DNA of 64,000 bases, taken from an uncultured Collinsella sp. (GTDB taxonomy: Bacteria > Actinomycetota > Coriobacteriia > Coriobacteriales > Coriobacteriaceae). The notes beneath the pieces were generated by a model that was given only the letters and a program-made list of their open reading frames with translations, searched no databases and had not been told where the DNA came from. The stretch spans positions 41,266 to 105,265 of the forward strand of contig CABQWP010000001.1 in NCBI GenBank assembly GCA_902467875.1, written 5' to 3'. Position 1 is the first letter of the stretch, and each line of letters starts with the position of its first letter. Shown here in pieces: positions 18,470 to 28,857 of the stretch. The position numbers and the translations under genes were made by a program.

Positions 18470-20377
18470 ATGGAGTTCAAGCAGATGGAGATGGATGACA
18501 ACAAACGTAGACGGAATATGATCCTCTACGTGCTCATCGCCTTCGTCGTCTACCTCGTGCTCTCGACCGTTCTGTTCCCCAACATCGGTCACACGCAGCA
18601 GATTACGAAGACCGATTACTCGACGTTTGTCAAAGCGCTCGATAAGAAGAGTGTCGACAAGGTCGAGTACAATACCGACGATTACACCATTTATTACACC
18701 AAGAAGGGCGAGGACGAGAACATCGCCTACAAGACGACCGGTGTGCCGAATGACGCGGGCTTTACCGATCGTGTGCTTGAATCCGGTGCGTCCCTGGAGT
18801 CGGTCGTTCCCGATAAAAACTCGGGTCTGATGACCTACTACCTGCTTACGCTTATTCTTCCCATGGCCATCTTCTTCCTGATCGGTTGGTGGCTCAACCG
18901 CCGTATGAAGAAGGCTATGGGCGATGACGGCCCGTCGATGAACTTTGGCGGCGGTGGCTTTGGCGGCGGTGGACTGGGTAAGTCCGGCGCTCGCGTTATC
19001 GCCTCCAAGGATGTGGGCGTGACCTTTAAGGATGTCGCTGGCCAGGAAGAGGCCAAGGAATCCCTCAAGGAGGTCGTCGACTTTCTGGAGAAGCCGCAAC
19101 GCTACGAGGAAATTGGCGCCAAACTGCCGCGTGGTGCTCTCCTTGTTGGCCCTCCGGGTACCGGTAAAACCCTGCTCGCCAAGGCTGTTGCCGGCGAGGC
19201 GGGCGTGCCGTTCTTTAGCATTTCGGGTTCTGAGTTCGTCGAGATGTTCGTCGGCCGTGGCGCCGCCAAGGTCCGCGATCTGTTTAAGCAGGCCAAGGAA
19301 AAGGCCCCGTGCATCGTCTTTATCGACGAGATCGATACCATCGGCAAAAAGCGCGATGGCGGCGGCTTTAGCGGCAACGACGAGCGCGAGCAGACGCTCA
19401 ACCAGCTGCTGACCGAGATGGACGGCTTCGATAACCACAAGGGTATCGTCGTCCTCGCTGCCACCAATCGTCCCGACAGTCTCGATCCCGCCCTGCTGCG
19501 CCCCGGTCGTTTTGATCGCCGCATCCCCGTTGAGCTGCCCGATCTGACCGGCCGCAAGAACATTCTTGAGCTGCATGCCAAGAGCGTGAAGACGGAGCCG
19601 CCGATTGACCTGACCGCGATTGCCCGCGCCACGCCCGGCGCCTCGGGTGCCGACCTGGCCAACATCATCAATGAGGGCGCCCTGCGCGCGGTCCGCGAAG
19701 GTCGCAAGCGAGCGACCCAGGACGACTTTGAGGAGTCGGTGGAGGTCGTCATTGCTGGTCAGCAGCGTAAGTCCACGGTGCTGTCCGACCACGAGAAGCA
19801 GGTCGTTTCCTACCACGAGATCGGCCATGCCATCGTTGCCGCCCGCCAGAAGGGCTCTGCGCCGGTCACCAAGATCACCATCGTGCCGCGCACGAGCGGT
19901 GCTCTGGGCTACACCATGCAGGTCGAGGAGGATGAGCGCTTCCTGACCACGCGCCAGGAGGTGCTGGACAAGCTCGCTGTCTACTGCGGCGGACGTGCCG
20001 CCGAGGAGCTCATCTTTGGCGAGATGACGACCGGCGCAGCCAACGATATCGAGCAAGCAACCAAGCTCGCCCGCAACATGGTGACGCGCTTTGGTATGTC
20101 CGATGAGTTTGGCATGATGGCGCTCGGTACTGTCCAAAATGCGTACCTCAACCAGGATACGTCGCTCACCTGCGCCCCCGGTACGGCCGAGCGCGTGGAC
20201 GCAATTGTCGCCAAGCTGATCGAGGATGCGCACGACCGCGCCCTGCAGATCCTGAAGGAGAACAAGTTTAAGCTCCATGAGCTGGCTCGTTATCTGTACA
20301 AGAAGGAGACGATCACGGGCGAGGAGTTTATGAATCTCCTCACGCGCGAGAATCCGCTGATGCCTAAGCAGCAGTAA
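18470..20377 (+). CDS. ftsH: ATP-dependent zinc metalloprotease FtsH
   Basis: Two N-terminal TMs, [33 protein letters not shown]. Start codon could be a few codons downstream. Confidence 0.96.
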   Translation: MEFKQMEMDDNKRRRNMILYVLIAFVVYLVLSTVLFPNIGHTQQITKTDYSTFVKALDKKSVDKVEYNTDDYTIYYTKKGEDENIAYKTTGVPNDAGFTDRVLESGASLESVVPDKNSGLMTYYLLTLILPMAIFFLIGWWLNRRMKKAMGDDGPSMNFGGGGFGGGGLGKSGARVIASKDVGVTFKDVAGQEEAKESLKEVVDFLEKPQRYEEIGAKLPRGALLVGPPGTGKTLLAKAVAGEAGVPFFSISGSEFVEMFVGRGAAKVRDLFKQAKEKAPCIVFIDEIDTIGKKRDGGGFSGNDEREQTLNQLLTEMDGFDNHKGIVVLAATNRPDSLDPALLRPGRFDRRIPVELPDLTGRKNILELHAKSVKTEPPIDLTAIARATPGASGADLANIINEGALRAVREGRKRATQDDFEESVEVVIAGQQRKSTVLSDHEKQVVSYHEIGHAIVAARQKGSAPVTKITIVPRTSGALGYTMQVEEDERFLTTRQEVLDKLAVYCGGRAAEELIFGEMTTGAANDIEQATKLARNMVTRFGMSDEFGMMALGTVQNAYLNQDTSLTCAPGTAERVDAIVAKLIEDAHDRALQILKENKFKLHELARYLYKKETITGEEFMNLLTRENPLMPKQQ

Positions 20378-20396
20378 TACTAGTTGCGCAGTGTCA

Positions 20397-20435
20397 ATCG
20401 CCCCATTTGAGTGTCCATCTCAAATGGGGCGATTT
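20397..20435 (+). terminator. Hairpin after ftsH
   Basis: ATCGCCCCATTTGAG/CTCAAATGGGGCGAT perfect 15-bp stem, short T tail. Confidence 0.55.
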
Positions 20436-20453
20436 GCGTGGGGAGAGTTGTAT

Positions 20454-20906
20454 ATGAAGATCGTGGTAAGTGCCTGCTTGATGGGCGAGAGCTGCAAGTA
20501 TAAAGGGCTCGACAATTACCTTCGCGAACTGGTCGAGGCCTGCGAGCGTACGGGGACCGAGGTCCTCTTGGTGTGTCCTGAGGTCTTTGGGGGTCTGCCC
20601 ACGCCGCGCAAGCCGTCCGAGATTGTGAACGGCGAGGTCCGTACCTGCGAGGGTACCTCAGTCGATCGCGAGTTTCGCCAGGGTGCTCAGCGCGCGCTTG
20701 ATATGTGCGAGCAGGTGGGCGGCCCGGAAGAGATCGCCGCGTGCATTCTGCAGGACCGTAGTCCTTCGTGCGGCGCGGGTCGCGTCTACGACGGCACCTT
20801 TAGCGGTACGCTCGCCGCGGGCAACGGCGTTTTCGTCGATCTGTTGCTGCGTCACGGCTACCGCGTCATTCCGGCTAGCGAGTTCGACCCCAACATGCTG
20901 AAATAG
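20454..20906 (+). CDS. DUF523 (2-thiouracil desulfurase-like) protein
   Basis: VSACLMGESCKY, VCPEVFGGLPTPR, SPSCG, YDGTF...GNGVF. Confidence 0.88.
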   Translation: MKIVVSACLMGESCKYKGLDNYLRELVEACERTGTEVLLVCPEVFGGLPTPRKPSEIVNGEVRTCEGTSVDREFRQGAQRALDMCEQVGGPEEIAACILQDRSPSCGAGRVYDGTFSGTLAAGNGVFVDLLLRHGYRVIPASEFDPNMLK

Positions 20907-21000
20907 CAAATGAAAGGGGCAGCCATCGAGTGAATGGTCGCCCCTTTTGCTCTCGAGTTAAACTATCTCACCAATCGTTCAATGGAATTTACCCATATAA

Positions 21001-21037
21001 AACCTGCCAAAATAAACCTGTCCCATATTGGCAGGTT
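21001..21037. repeat. REP-like hairpin with GGGACAGG (minus strand) in the loop
   Basis: AACCTGCCAA/TTGGCAGGTT arms around AATAAACCTGTCCCATA. Confidence 0.55.
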
Positions 21038-22124
21038 AGGCGAGGAGCGTGTGGCCGTAGGCGTTGGCGGCCTTGATGGCGGCGGCGAACTTCTCGTCGG
21101 TGAAGGGCTCAGGGTTGCCTTGCTTCCACTCGTTGGTGGCATGCGCGTACTCGCACAGGGCTGGGATATCGGACTCGGAAAGCCCGACCTGCTCAAGCGT
21201 CACGGGCAGCCCCATCTGCTTGTTAAAGGCAGCGTAGCGCTCAAGGTTCTCGGTATCGCCCGTATAGGCAAACAGCACGAGCACGCCCAGGCTCACGACC
21301 TCGCCGTGTAGGTAGGAGCCCTCGCGCGGAATGCTGCAGGTGGCGTTGTAGAACGCATGCGCCACGCTCGAGTTGTAGTAGTAATCGTTCTGGTTGGTCA
21401 GGTTCGAGACATAACCCGTGTTGACCACGATGTCGAGCGCGATCTGCTTGACGGCCTCGCTCGACAGATTCCGGCGCACGTCCTCAAGACCCTGGACGCC
21501 ATAAGTAAACAGCGGCTCGGAGCAGGTGTGGGCGAGTGCCAGGCCAAGACCGGCGGTATGCTCCAAATTACCGGCGCTCGTGGCGTATTCGACCTCGGGC
21601 TGCTTGGACAGGGCATCACCCACGCCGGCCCAGAAGTACTCCGCCGGTGCCTCGGCGATGATCTTGGGGTTGATGAAGATGTGCGCCGGTCGGTTGGGGT
21701 ATGAATAGCCCTCGAGCGAGCCGTCGTCGTTGTACACGACGGCAATGGCGGTCGCGGCGGAGCAGTTGGAACAGATCGTCGGGACCGTAAAGACGATCTT
21801 CTTGAGCTCGATGGCTGCGGTCTTCACGGTGTCGAGCGCCTTGCCGCCGCCGCAAGCAATGAGCACGTCGGCTTCCTGGCAGGCAGGGGAGTTCACAACC
21901 TTGGCAATATTGGCACGCGTACTGTTGGTGCCATAGACGCGCGTCTCCAGGACCTCGACATCGGTACCTTCAAGTGCCGCCTCGATGCCCGGCAGCGCCG
22001 CAGCCAGGGCTCGCTTGCCGCCAATGATGGCGACCTTCTTCGCGCCGTACTCTGCCAGTGCGGCGGGCAGCTCGGTAAAGCAATCCTCGCCAACGGTGTA
22101 GTCGCTCATTCCAATTGTGCGCAT
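21036..22124 (-). CDS. Glycerol-dehydrogenase-like metal-dependent alcohol dehydrogenase
   Basis: CGGGKALDTVK, VPTICSNCSA, AGVGDALSK, AHAFYN, LHGEVVSLG. Confidence 0.85.
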   Translation of the reverse strand: MRTIGMSDYTVGEDCFTELPAALAEYGAKKVAIIGGKRALAAALPGIEAALEGTDVEVLETRVYGTNSTRANIAKVVNSPACQEADVLIACGGGKALDTVKTAAIELKKIVFTVPTICSNCSAATAIAVVYNDDGSLEGYSYPNRPAHIFINPKIIAEAPAEYFWAGVGDALSKQPEVEYATSAGNLEHTAGLGLALAHTCSEPLFTYGVQGLEDVRRNLSSEAVKQIALDIVVNTGYVSNLTNQNDYYYNSSVAHAFYNATCSIPREGSYLHGEVVSLGVLVLFAYTGDTENLERYAAFNKQMGLPVTLEQVGLSESDIPALCEYAHATNEWKQGNPEPFTDEKFAAAIKAANAYGHTLLA

Positions 22125-22264
22125 AGGTACCTTCTTTCGTGAGATGGAGTGCTTTCAGGTATTTTGCTCCTAGAGAATGCTCGCGACCACGATAAATTTC
22201 TAAAATATGAAACCAATGTTGAGGGTTTTTCGCCGGCGCGGAACGTGCTAGCATACACCGCATG

Positions 22265-22567
22265 AGCATTGATGGGGACGAGTAGTCGGCCGTCCGCATG
22301 CTACAGAGAGCGGGGAGCGCTGAGAACCCGTGCATGCGACCGATGAAAATCACCCCGGAGCTGCGGTCCCAACGGATGTGCCGCACAGGCACATCTTAGT
22401 AGATATCGCCGAGATGGTCGTCGATACAGGCCAGCCGAGTAACGGATGCGAGCGCGCGATTACGCGGGCGAGGGCATCTAAGCTGGGTGGTTAAGCGAAG
22501 AGCTTTTGCGGGCGTACAGCTCGTTTTGCGGCGCTTCGTCCCAGCTTGTAGGGACGGGCGCTTTTTT
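22265..22567 (+). ncRNA. T-box riboswitch (Ile, AUC specifier), transcription-terminator type, upstream of ileS
   Basis: Stem I with GA motif, AGUA/AGAGAG and GCUGAGA motifs; GAAA-ATC specifier at 22349-22351. Antiterminator AGCTGGG-TGGTTAA-GCGAAG...CTTCGT-CCCAGCT. Terminator at 22531-22561 plus T6. Confidence 0.9.
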
Positions 22568-22610
22568 GGTGCCCAATGGGCGTGCGCGCCCACGACATGA
22601 AAGGGGTACC

Positions 22611-25412
22611 GTGGCAAACGAGTACAAGCAGTCGATGAATCTGCCCAAGACCGGTTTTCCCATGCGTGCCGGTCTTTCCAAGTCCGAGCCCAAGCGACTC
22701 AAGGACTGGCAGGACAACAAGGTCTACGAGCAGGTTCTGAAGAAGAACGAGGGTCACAAGAAGTTCGTGCTGCACGACGGCCCTCCGTACGCCAACGGTC
22801 CGATCCACATCGGCCATGCCATGAACAAGATCTCCAAGGACATGATCAACCGCTACTGGATGATGCAGGGTTATGAGGTTCCCTATGTCCCCGGTTGGGA
22901 CTGCCACGGCCAGCCGATCGAGCACAAGGTCGAGGAGAAGCTCGGCACCGAGAAGTTCAACCAGACCCCCACGGCCAAGATCCGTGAGCTCTGCAACGAG
23001 TTCGCTGTCGAGAACATCGAGCTGCAGAAGGCCGGCTTCCGTCGTCTGGGCGTGCTCGGCGACTGGGACAACCCCTACCTGACGCTCTATCACCAGCACG
23101 ATGCCGCCGACATCGAGGTCTTCAAGGCCATGTTCGATAAGGGCATGATCTATCGCGGCCACAAGCCGGTTCACTGGTGCAAGCACTGCCACACCGCGCT
23201 AGCCGAGGCCGAGATTGAGTACTCCGACGAGACGAGCCCGTCCATTTTCGTGCGCTTCGAGATGACTTCCAAGCCCGCCGGCCTCGAGAACTTCGACGGC
23301 CCGGTTGACTTTATCATCTGGACGACCACGCCGTGGACCATCCCCTCCGACCAGGCCGTTTCCCTCAAGCCCGGCGCCGCCTACGTTGCCGTTGAGCACG
23401 ATGGTCGTGCCGAGGTCATGCTCGAGGACCTGGCTCCCAAGTGCTGTGAGGAGTTTGGCTGGGAGTACACCCCGGTTATGGTCGACGGCAAGCCCTATGT
23501 GGTTCCCGCCGAGACCTTCCACCACATCCACTACAAGCAGCCGATCTTTGACGGTGTCGAGGGTGTGGCGCTGCTGGCCGATTACGTCGGTGTCGATGAC
23601 GGTACCGGTATCGTCCACAACTCGCCCGGCCACGGCGTCGACGACTACTTTGCCTGCCTCAAGGAGGGCATCACCGACATCTGCATGCCGGTCGATGACG
23701 ACGGCAAGTTCTACACCGGTGAGGAGTTTGGCACCGGTGGCCCCTTCAGCGGCATGGATACCGACGAGGCCAACCCGCATATCATCGAGTTCCTGCGCGA
23801 GCGCGGCACCCTGGTCCTCGAGAAGAAGATCACGCACAGCTATCCGCACTGCTGGCGCTGCAAGCACCCGGTGCTCTTCCGTGCTACCGACCAGTGGTTC
23901 GTCTCGATGGACAAGACGGGTCTGCGTGAGCAGGCTGGCAAGGAGGTCCGCGAGAACGTCAAGTGGTATCCGGCCCATGCCGCCAACCGCATTGGCGCCA
24001 TGGTCGAGCAGCGTCCCGACTGGTGCATCAGCCGCCAGCGCAACTGGGGCGTGCCTATCCCTAGCTACACTTGCGCCGACTGCGGCGAGAAGGTCATGAA
24101 CGACGCCACGCTCGACGCCGTCATCAAGCTCTTCCACGAGAAGGGCTCCGACGCCTGGTTCACCGACGCTCCCGAGAGCTACCTGGGCGAGGCCTGCGTC
24201 TGCCCCAAGTGCGGCGGCCATCACCTCAAGGCCGATAAGGACATCCTCGACGTGTGGTGGGATTCCGGCGTTTCCTGGAAGGCCGTCTGCGAGTACCGTC
24301 CCGAGCTGGAGTATCCGGCGGATGTGTACCTCGAGGGCTCCGACCAGCACCGCGGTTGGTTCCAGAGCTCGCTGCTCACCTCGGTGGGTGCCAACGGTCA
24401 TGCTCCGTACAAGGCGGTCGTCTCTCAGGGCTTCACGCTCGATGGCCAGGGCCGCAAGATGTCCAAGTCGCTCGGCAATGTCATCGACCCCAACAAGGTC
24501 TGCGACGAGATGGGCGCTGACATCATCCGTCTGTGGGTTGCCTCCGTCGACACCAGCTCCGACGTCTCCATCGACCACGAGATCCTTGCTCGTACATCCG
24601 ATGCCTACCGTCGTTTCCGCAACACACTGCGCTTCCTGCTCTCCGAGCTCGAGGGTCAGTTTGAGCCCGAGACCGACGGCGTCGCCTTTGCCGACCTGCT
24701 GCCGCTCGACAAGCTCATGGTTGCCCGTCTGACCCAGGTTCAGGCCGAGGTCGACGACGCTTACTCTTGCTACGAGTTCCCGCGCGCTTACCGTGCACTT
24801 TACGACTTCGTGGTTACCGAGCTCTCCAACGTGTACCTCGATGCCCTGAAGGACCGTCTGTACTGTGACAAGCCCGGCTCTCTCGAGCGCCGCAGCGCCC
24901 AGACCGTGCTTGCCGAGCTCTTCTCGATGCTCATGCGCGACCTGCAGCCGATCCTGTCCTACACGGTCGACGAGGCCATGGCCTATGCGCCCGCCGGTTG
25001 CGTCGACCACCAGAAGTACGCCGCGCTGCTCGATTGGTACAAGTCGCCCATCACGGTCGACGAGGCCAATGAGTTCGAGGGCGTGCTTGAGGCTTCACTC
25101 GAGTTACGTAGCGCCGTGACCAAGGCCCTTGAGGATGCCCGTTCTGCCGGCACTTTCACCAAGAGCCAGCAGGTTCGCGTCAAGGCGGTCGTTCCCGCAG
25201 AGATGTACGCGCTGCTGACCGGTGATAAGGCCGTCGACCTGGCCGAGTTCTACATCGTCTCCGATGTTGAGCTGACCCAGGGCGAGGAGCTCTCCGTTGC
25301 CATCGAGGCAGCCGAGGGCGAGTGCTGCGACCGTTGCTGGAACTACCGCACCACCGTCGGCGAGTACAACGGCCACGCGCATATTTGCAAGCGCTGCGCC
25401 GATGCTTTGTAG
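22611..25412 (+). CDS. ileS: Isoleucyl-tRNA synthetase (type 1)
   Basis: HDGPPYANG, HIGH, GWDCHG, KMSKS, C-terminal Zn finger CDRCW...CKRC. GTG at 22611 after AAGGGG. Confidence 0.97.
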   Translation: MANEYKQSMNLPKTGFPMRAGLSKSEPKRLKDWQDNKVYEQVLKKNEGHKKFVLHDGPPYANGPIHIGHAMNKISKDMINRYWMMQGYEVPYVPGWDCHGQPIEHKVEEKLGTEKFNQTPTAKIRELCNEFAVENIELQKAGFRRLGVLGDWDNPYLTLYHQHDAADIEVFKAMFDKGMIYRGHKPVHWCKHCHTALAEAEIEYSDETSPSIFVRFEMTSKPAGLENFDGPVDFIIWTTTPWTIPSDQAVSLKPGAAYVAVEHDGRAEVMLEDLAPKCCEEFGWEYTPVMVDGKPYVVPAETFHHIHYKQPIFDGVEGVALLADYVGVDDGTGIVHNSPGHGVDDYFACLKEGITDICMPVDDDGKFYTGEEFGTGGPFSGMDTDEANPHIIEFLRERGTLVLEKKITHSYPHCWRCKHPVLFRATDQWFVSMDKTGLREQAGKEVRENVKWYPAHAANRIGAMVEQRPDWCISRQRNWGVPIPSYTCADCGEKVMNDATLDAVIKLFHEKGSDAWFTDAPESYLGEACVCPKCGGHHLKADKDILDVWWDSGVSWKAVCEYRPELEYPADVYLEGSDQHRGWFQSSLLTSVGANGHAPYKAVVSQGFTLDGQGRKMSKSLGNVIDPNKVCDEMGADIIRLWVASVDTSSDVSIDHEILARTSDAYRRFRNTLRFLLSELEGQFEPETDGVAFADLLPLDKLMVARLTQVQAEVDDAYSCYEFPRAYRALYDFVVTELSNVYLDALKDRLYCDKPGSLERRSAQTVLAELFSMLMRDLQPILSYTVDEAMAYAPAGCVDHQKYAALLDWYKSPITVDEANEFEGVLEASLELRSAVTKALEDARSAGTFTKSQQVRVKAVVPAEMYALLTGDKAVDLAEFYIVSDVELTQGEELSVAIEAAEGECCDRCWNYRTTVGEYNGHAHICKRCADAL

Positions 25413-25672
25413 GTTACGGCGTTCGTAGAACGCCGTAACCTACCGACGCTGCAAACGCCCCTAAGCGGCAATCTGACGTTCAATCGTCGGTCGCGTACCA
25501 AAGTACGCTTCCCTCCTCTTTCACGTCACCTTGCTCGCTTAGGGACGTTTTCGCTGTTGGTGACGATAACGCGGCGTTTCCATTGCTGGAGCTAGAGGCT
25601 TTCTTTCGACTTGCGTTTTTAGTCGAAAGCTATTAAGCGACATTCCGTTATTCGGAATGTCGCTTTCGTTTT
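25409..25672. repeat. Cluster of four inverted repeats after ileS, last one terminator-like
   Basis: 16-bp perfect IR at 25409-25443; ~120-nt imperfect hairpin at 25441-25561; 9-bp IR at 25603-25629; 13-bp IR at 25635-25665 followed by Ts. Confidence 0.7.
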
Positions 25673-25803
25673 TAGCTGGTTATTTCGCTTGCGTTGGTGG
25701 ATATGTCGTGCGTTCTGCGTATGGCAATATAAGATAGTTCTTTGTATTAAACGTAATTCGATGTTCTTGAGGGTAGGGGATTGATTTGGGTCGTGCTGGG
25801 GAT

Positions 25804-26385
25804 ATGACGCCGCCTTTGCGTTGGCGGTTGGGTGTTGCTGGTGGGGTGGCGCTGGCTGTGTTGCTTGTTGACCAGCTGACCAAGCTTGCGGTTCGTGCCG
25901 TGGGCGACGCTTTGCATGTGACCGTTATCCCCGGTGTTATCGACTTTATGTTTGTCCGCAATATCGGAGCCGCCTTTAGCATGGGCGAGGGTCATGGCGT
26001 CACTTTCGCTGTGTTGGCGCTTGCGGTCATTGTCGCCATTGCCGTGTACTTGCTCCGTGCATCCCAGCTCGCCCATCTTGAGGTCGTGGGCATGGCGATG
26101 GTTGCGGGCGGTGCTATTGGCAACGCTATCGATCGTTTGGCCTTTGGCTTCGTGACCGATTTTATTGCCACCACCTTCATCGACTTCCCCGTCTTCAATG
26201 TGGCCGATATCGGCATTACCTTGGGCGTCGTGCTCGCCCTCTTCGGATACATGTTCTTGAGCCCCGCGGCCCGTGAGGTCGACGCGACCGCTGAGCTTAA
26301 CGCCCGTGACGAGGCCCGCGCCAAGCGCAAGGCCCAGCAACGCGGGGAGCGTGCCCGCAAAATTCGCGAAAGGAACGAGCGCTAA
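25804..26385 (+). CDS. lspA: Lipoprotein signal peptidase
   Basis: DQLTK, NIGAAFS, GGAIGNAIDR, VTDFI, FNVAD. Start position uncertain. Confidence 0.93.
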   Translation: MTPPLRWRLGVAGGVALAVLLVDQLTKLAVRAVGDALHVTVIPGVIDFMFVRNIGAAFSMGEGHGVTFAVLALAVIVAIAVYLLRASQLAHLEVVGMAMVAGGAIGNAIDRLAFGFVTDFIATTFIDFPVFNVADIGITLGVVLALFGYMFLSPAAREVDATAELNARDEARAKRKAQQRGERARKIRERNER

Positions 26386-27398
26386 TGGCCGACATCCATA
26401 TTCTTGTTGCCGACGATGCCGCCGGTCAGCGTCTTGACGCTTATCTGGGCGCCAATGACGGCTGTCCTACGCGTTCTGCCTGTGCGCATCTGATCGAGGG
26501 CGGCGCCGTCGCTGTCAATGGCGAGACCTGCCTGTCCAAAAAGTACGCCGTGCGAGCCGGCGACCGTATTTCGGTCGATTTGCCCGAGCCGCACGATCCC
26601 ACCGATGTGATTCCCGAGGCCATCCCGCTCGACATTCGCTATGAGGACGATTATCTCATTGTGCTCTCCAAGCAGCGCGGCCTGGTGTGCCATCCTGCGC
26701 ATGGTCATGAGAGCGGTACGCTCGCGAATGCCCTGGTCTATCACTGCGGTATCGACCATCTGGGCACCGTGCAGGGTGAGGACCGACCCGGCATCGTGCA
26801 TCGCCTGGATCGCGATACCTCGGGCCTTATGCTCGCGGCAAAAGACGACGACACCCAGCGCGCGCTTCAAAATCTTATCCGCACGCGCACGCTCGATCGT
26901 CGCTATATCACGCTTGTCCACGGGCACATCGCCATGGACGAGGGCACCATCAATACCGGTATTGCCCGTTCCACGCGCGACCGCGTCAAGATGGCGGTTT
27001 CGGACGACCCCTTTGCCCGTCAGGCCATTACGACCTTCAAGGTGCTCGAGCGCTTTGATTCCACGCGTTTCGACGACGGCTACACGCTTGTCGAGTGCCA
27101 CCTGTTTACCGGCAGAACGCACCAGATTCGTGTGCACATGCGCCATATCAACCACGCCTGCGTGGGCGATCCGCTCTACGGCAAGTGCGATGCGCGTGCC
27201 GATCAGGGTCTGACCAGGCAGTTCCTTCATTCCTGGCGCGTGGCGTTCGACCATCCCGTGACGGGGGAGCGCATTGAGTGCCGCGACGAGTTGCCCTGGG
27301 ATCTCGCTGCGGTTCTTGACGATCTGGCTCCGCGCTCGCTCGGTCGCACTGCCGCCGGTGACGAAATCGTCTCTCAGCTCGGTCTGCTCGAAGCCTAG
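26385..27398 (+). CDS. rluD: RluA/RluD-family pseudouridine synthase
   Basis: N-terminal S4 (RLDAYL), RPGIVHRLDRDTSG, TGRTHQIRVH, GDPLYG. Confidence 0.92.
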   Translation: MADIHILVADDAAGQRLDAYLGANDGCPTRSACAHLIEGGAVAVNGETCLSKKYAVRAGDRISVDLPEPHDPTDVIPEAIPLDIRYEDDYLIVLSKQRGLVCHPAHGHESGTLANALVYHCGIDHLGTVQGEDRPGIVHRLDRDTSGLMLAAKDDDTQRALQNLIRTRTLDRRYITLVHGHIAMDEGTINTGIARSTRDRVKMAVSDDPFARQAITTFKVLERFDSTRFDDGYTLVECHLFTGRTHQIRVHMRHINHACVGDPLYGKCDARADQGLTRQFLHSWRVAFDHPVTGERIECRDELPWDLAAVLDDLAPRSLGRTAAGDEIVSQLGLLEA

Positions 27399-27480
27399 CC
27401 AGTATTAGGTGGTTTCTTGAACTCGGTAAGCCTGCGGTAAGATATACGGTTGTTTACGTAACGCGTTCTCGGGAGCCTGC

Positions 27481-28776
27481 ATGCTCGCCTTTTTACAAAC
27501 CAACACACCCATCGTGGTCTTCAACCAGATTGTCGTCACGCTGCTCACGGTCTGCTTTCTGTACCAGGTGGTCTTCTTTGTCATTGGCGCTCTTCGTGGC
27601 GAGGTCGCGCCTCCCAAGGCCAAAAAACTCCATCGTTATGCTTTCTTTATCGCGGCGCATAACGAGGAGGCCGTGATCGCCAACCTTGTTCGCTCCATCA
27701 AGGACCAGGATTATCCGTCCGAGCTTATCGAGGTCTTCGTGGTTGCCGACGCCTGCACCGACAACACCGCACAGCTCGCGCGCGAGGCAGGTGCCATTGT
27801 TTACGAGCGCAATGATCTTGCCCGTAAGGGTAAGAGCTGGGTCATGGACTTTGGCTTCGACCGCATCCTTAACGAGTATCCCGACACGTTTGAAGGCTAC
27901 TTTATCTTCGATGCCGATAACGTTATCTCCCGCGATTACGTGTCCAAGATGAACGATGCCTTTGACCAGGGATTCCATGTGGTCACGAGCTATCGCAACT
28001 CCAAGAATTTTGGCAGCTCGTGGATCTCGGCAGCTAATGCTACTTGGTACCTGCGCGAGGCGCGCTTTCTCAACAACGCGCGTAATATCTGTAAGACGTC
28101 TTGCGCCGTCTCGGGTTCGGGCTACCTCATCTCCGCCAGTGTTATTGAGGGCATGCACGGCTGGCAGTTCCACACGCTGACCGAGGACATTCAGTTCACT
28201 ACGTTCTGCGCTATTCACGGTATTCGCATTGGCTATGCGCCGGCGGAGTTCTTTGACGAGCAACCCGTGACGTTCAAGGCATCCTGGAAGCAGCGTATGC
28301 GCTGGACCAAGGGCTTTTACCAGGTGTTCTTTACCTACGGCAAGCATCTGGTCAAGTCGACGTTCCGCTATCATCGCTTTGCCGCCTACGACATGTTCAT
28401 GACGATCGCCCCGGGTATGCTGCTATCGCTGATCTCGATGCTCGCTAATGCGACGTTCTTGATTGTGGGTGGCCTTTCGCATGGTTTCTTGGCTACCGAA
28501 GTCGAGATGCAGGCGTGCGCCGCTTCGCTCATTATGACCTTCGCCATGATGTATCAGACCTTCTTTATCCTGGCGCTGCTCACGACTATCTTTGAGTACA
28601 AGCACATTCACTGCGCGCAAAAGTGGCGTCTGGTGACTAACCTGTTTACCTTCCCGATCTTTATGTTCAGCTATATCCCCATCACGGTGGCCGCGCTGTT
28701 CCTGAAGGTCGACTGGGTTCCTACCCAGCATGCCGTAAACGTCACCCTCGACGAGGTCATGCAAGGCGCCAAATAA
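27481..28776 (+). CDS. Membrane GT2-family glycosyltransferase
   Basis: AAHNEE, ADACTD, FDADN, LTED, QRMRW; N- and C-terminal TMs. Confidence 0.9.
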   Translation: MLAFLQTNTPIVVFNQIVVTLLTVCFLYQVVFFVIGALRGEVAPPKAKKLHRYAFFIAAHNEEAVIANLVRSIKDQDYPSELIEVFVVADACTDNTAQLAREAGAIVYERNDLARKGKSWVMDFGFDRILNEYPDTFEGYFIFDADNVISRDYVSKMNDAFDQGFHVVTSYRNSKNFGSSWISAANATWYLREARFLNNARNICKTSCAVSGSGYLISASVIEGMHGWQFHTLTEDIQFTTFCAIHGIRIGYAPAEFFDEQPVTFKASWKQRMRWTKGFYQVFFTYGKHLVKSTFRYHRFAAYDMFMTIAPGMLLSLISMLANATFLIVGGLSHGFLATEVEMQACAASLIMTFAMMYQTFFILALLTTIFEYKHIHCAQKWRLVTNLFTFPIFMFSYIPITVAALFLKVDWVPTQHAVNVTLDEVMQGAK

Positions 28777-28784
28777 CCACCACC

Positions 28785-28826
28785 AAAACCACCGCAAAGG
28801 GGACAGGCACCTTTGTGGTGGTTTTT
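28785..28826. repeat. REP-like or terminator hairpin with GGGACAGG at the apex
   Basis: AAAACCACCGCAAAGG-GGACAGGCA-CCTTTGTGGTGGTTTT. Confidence 0.65.
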
Positions 28827-28857
28827 GCTTTTGCGATGCAGCTCGAGGAGGTACTCG

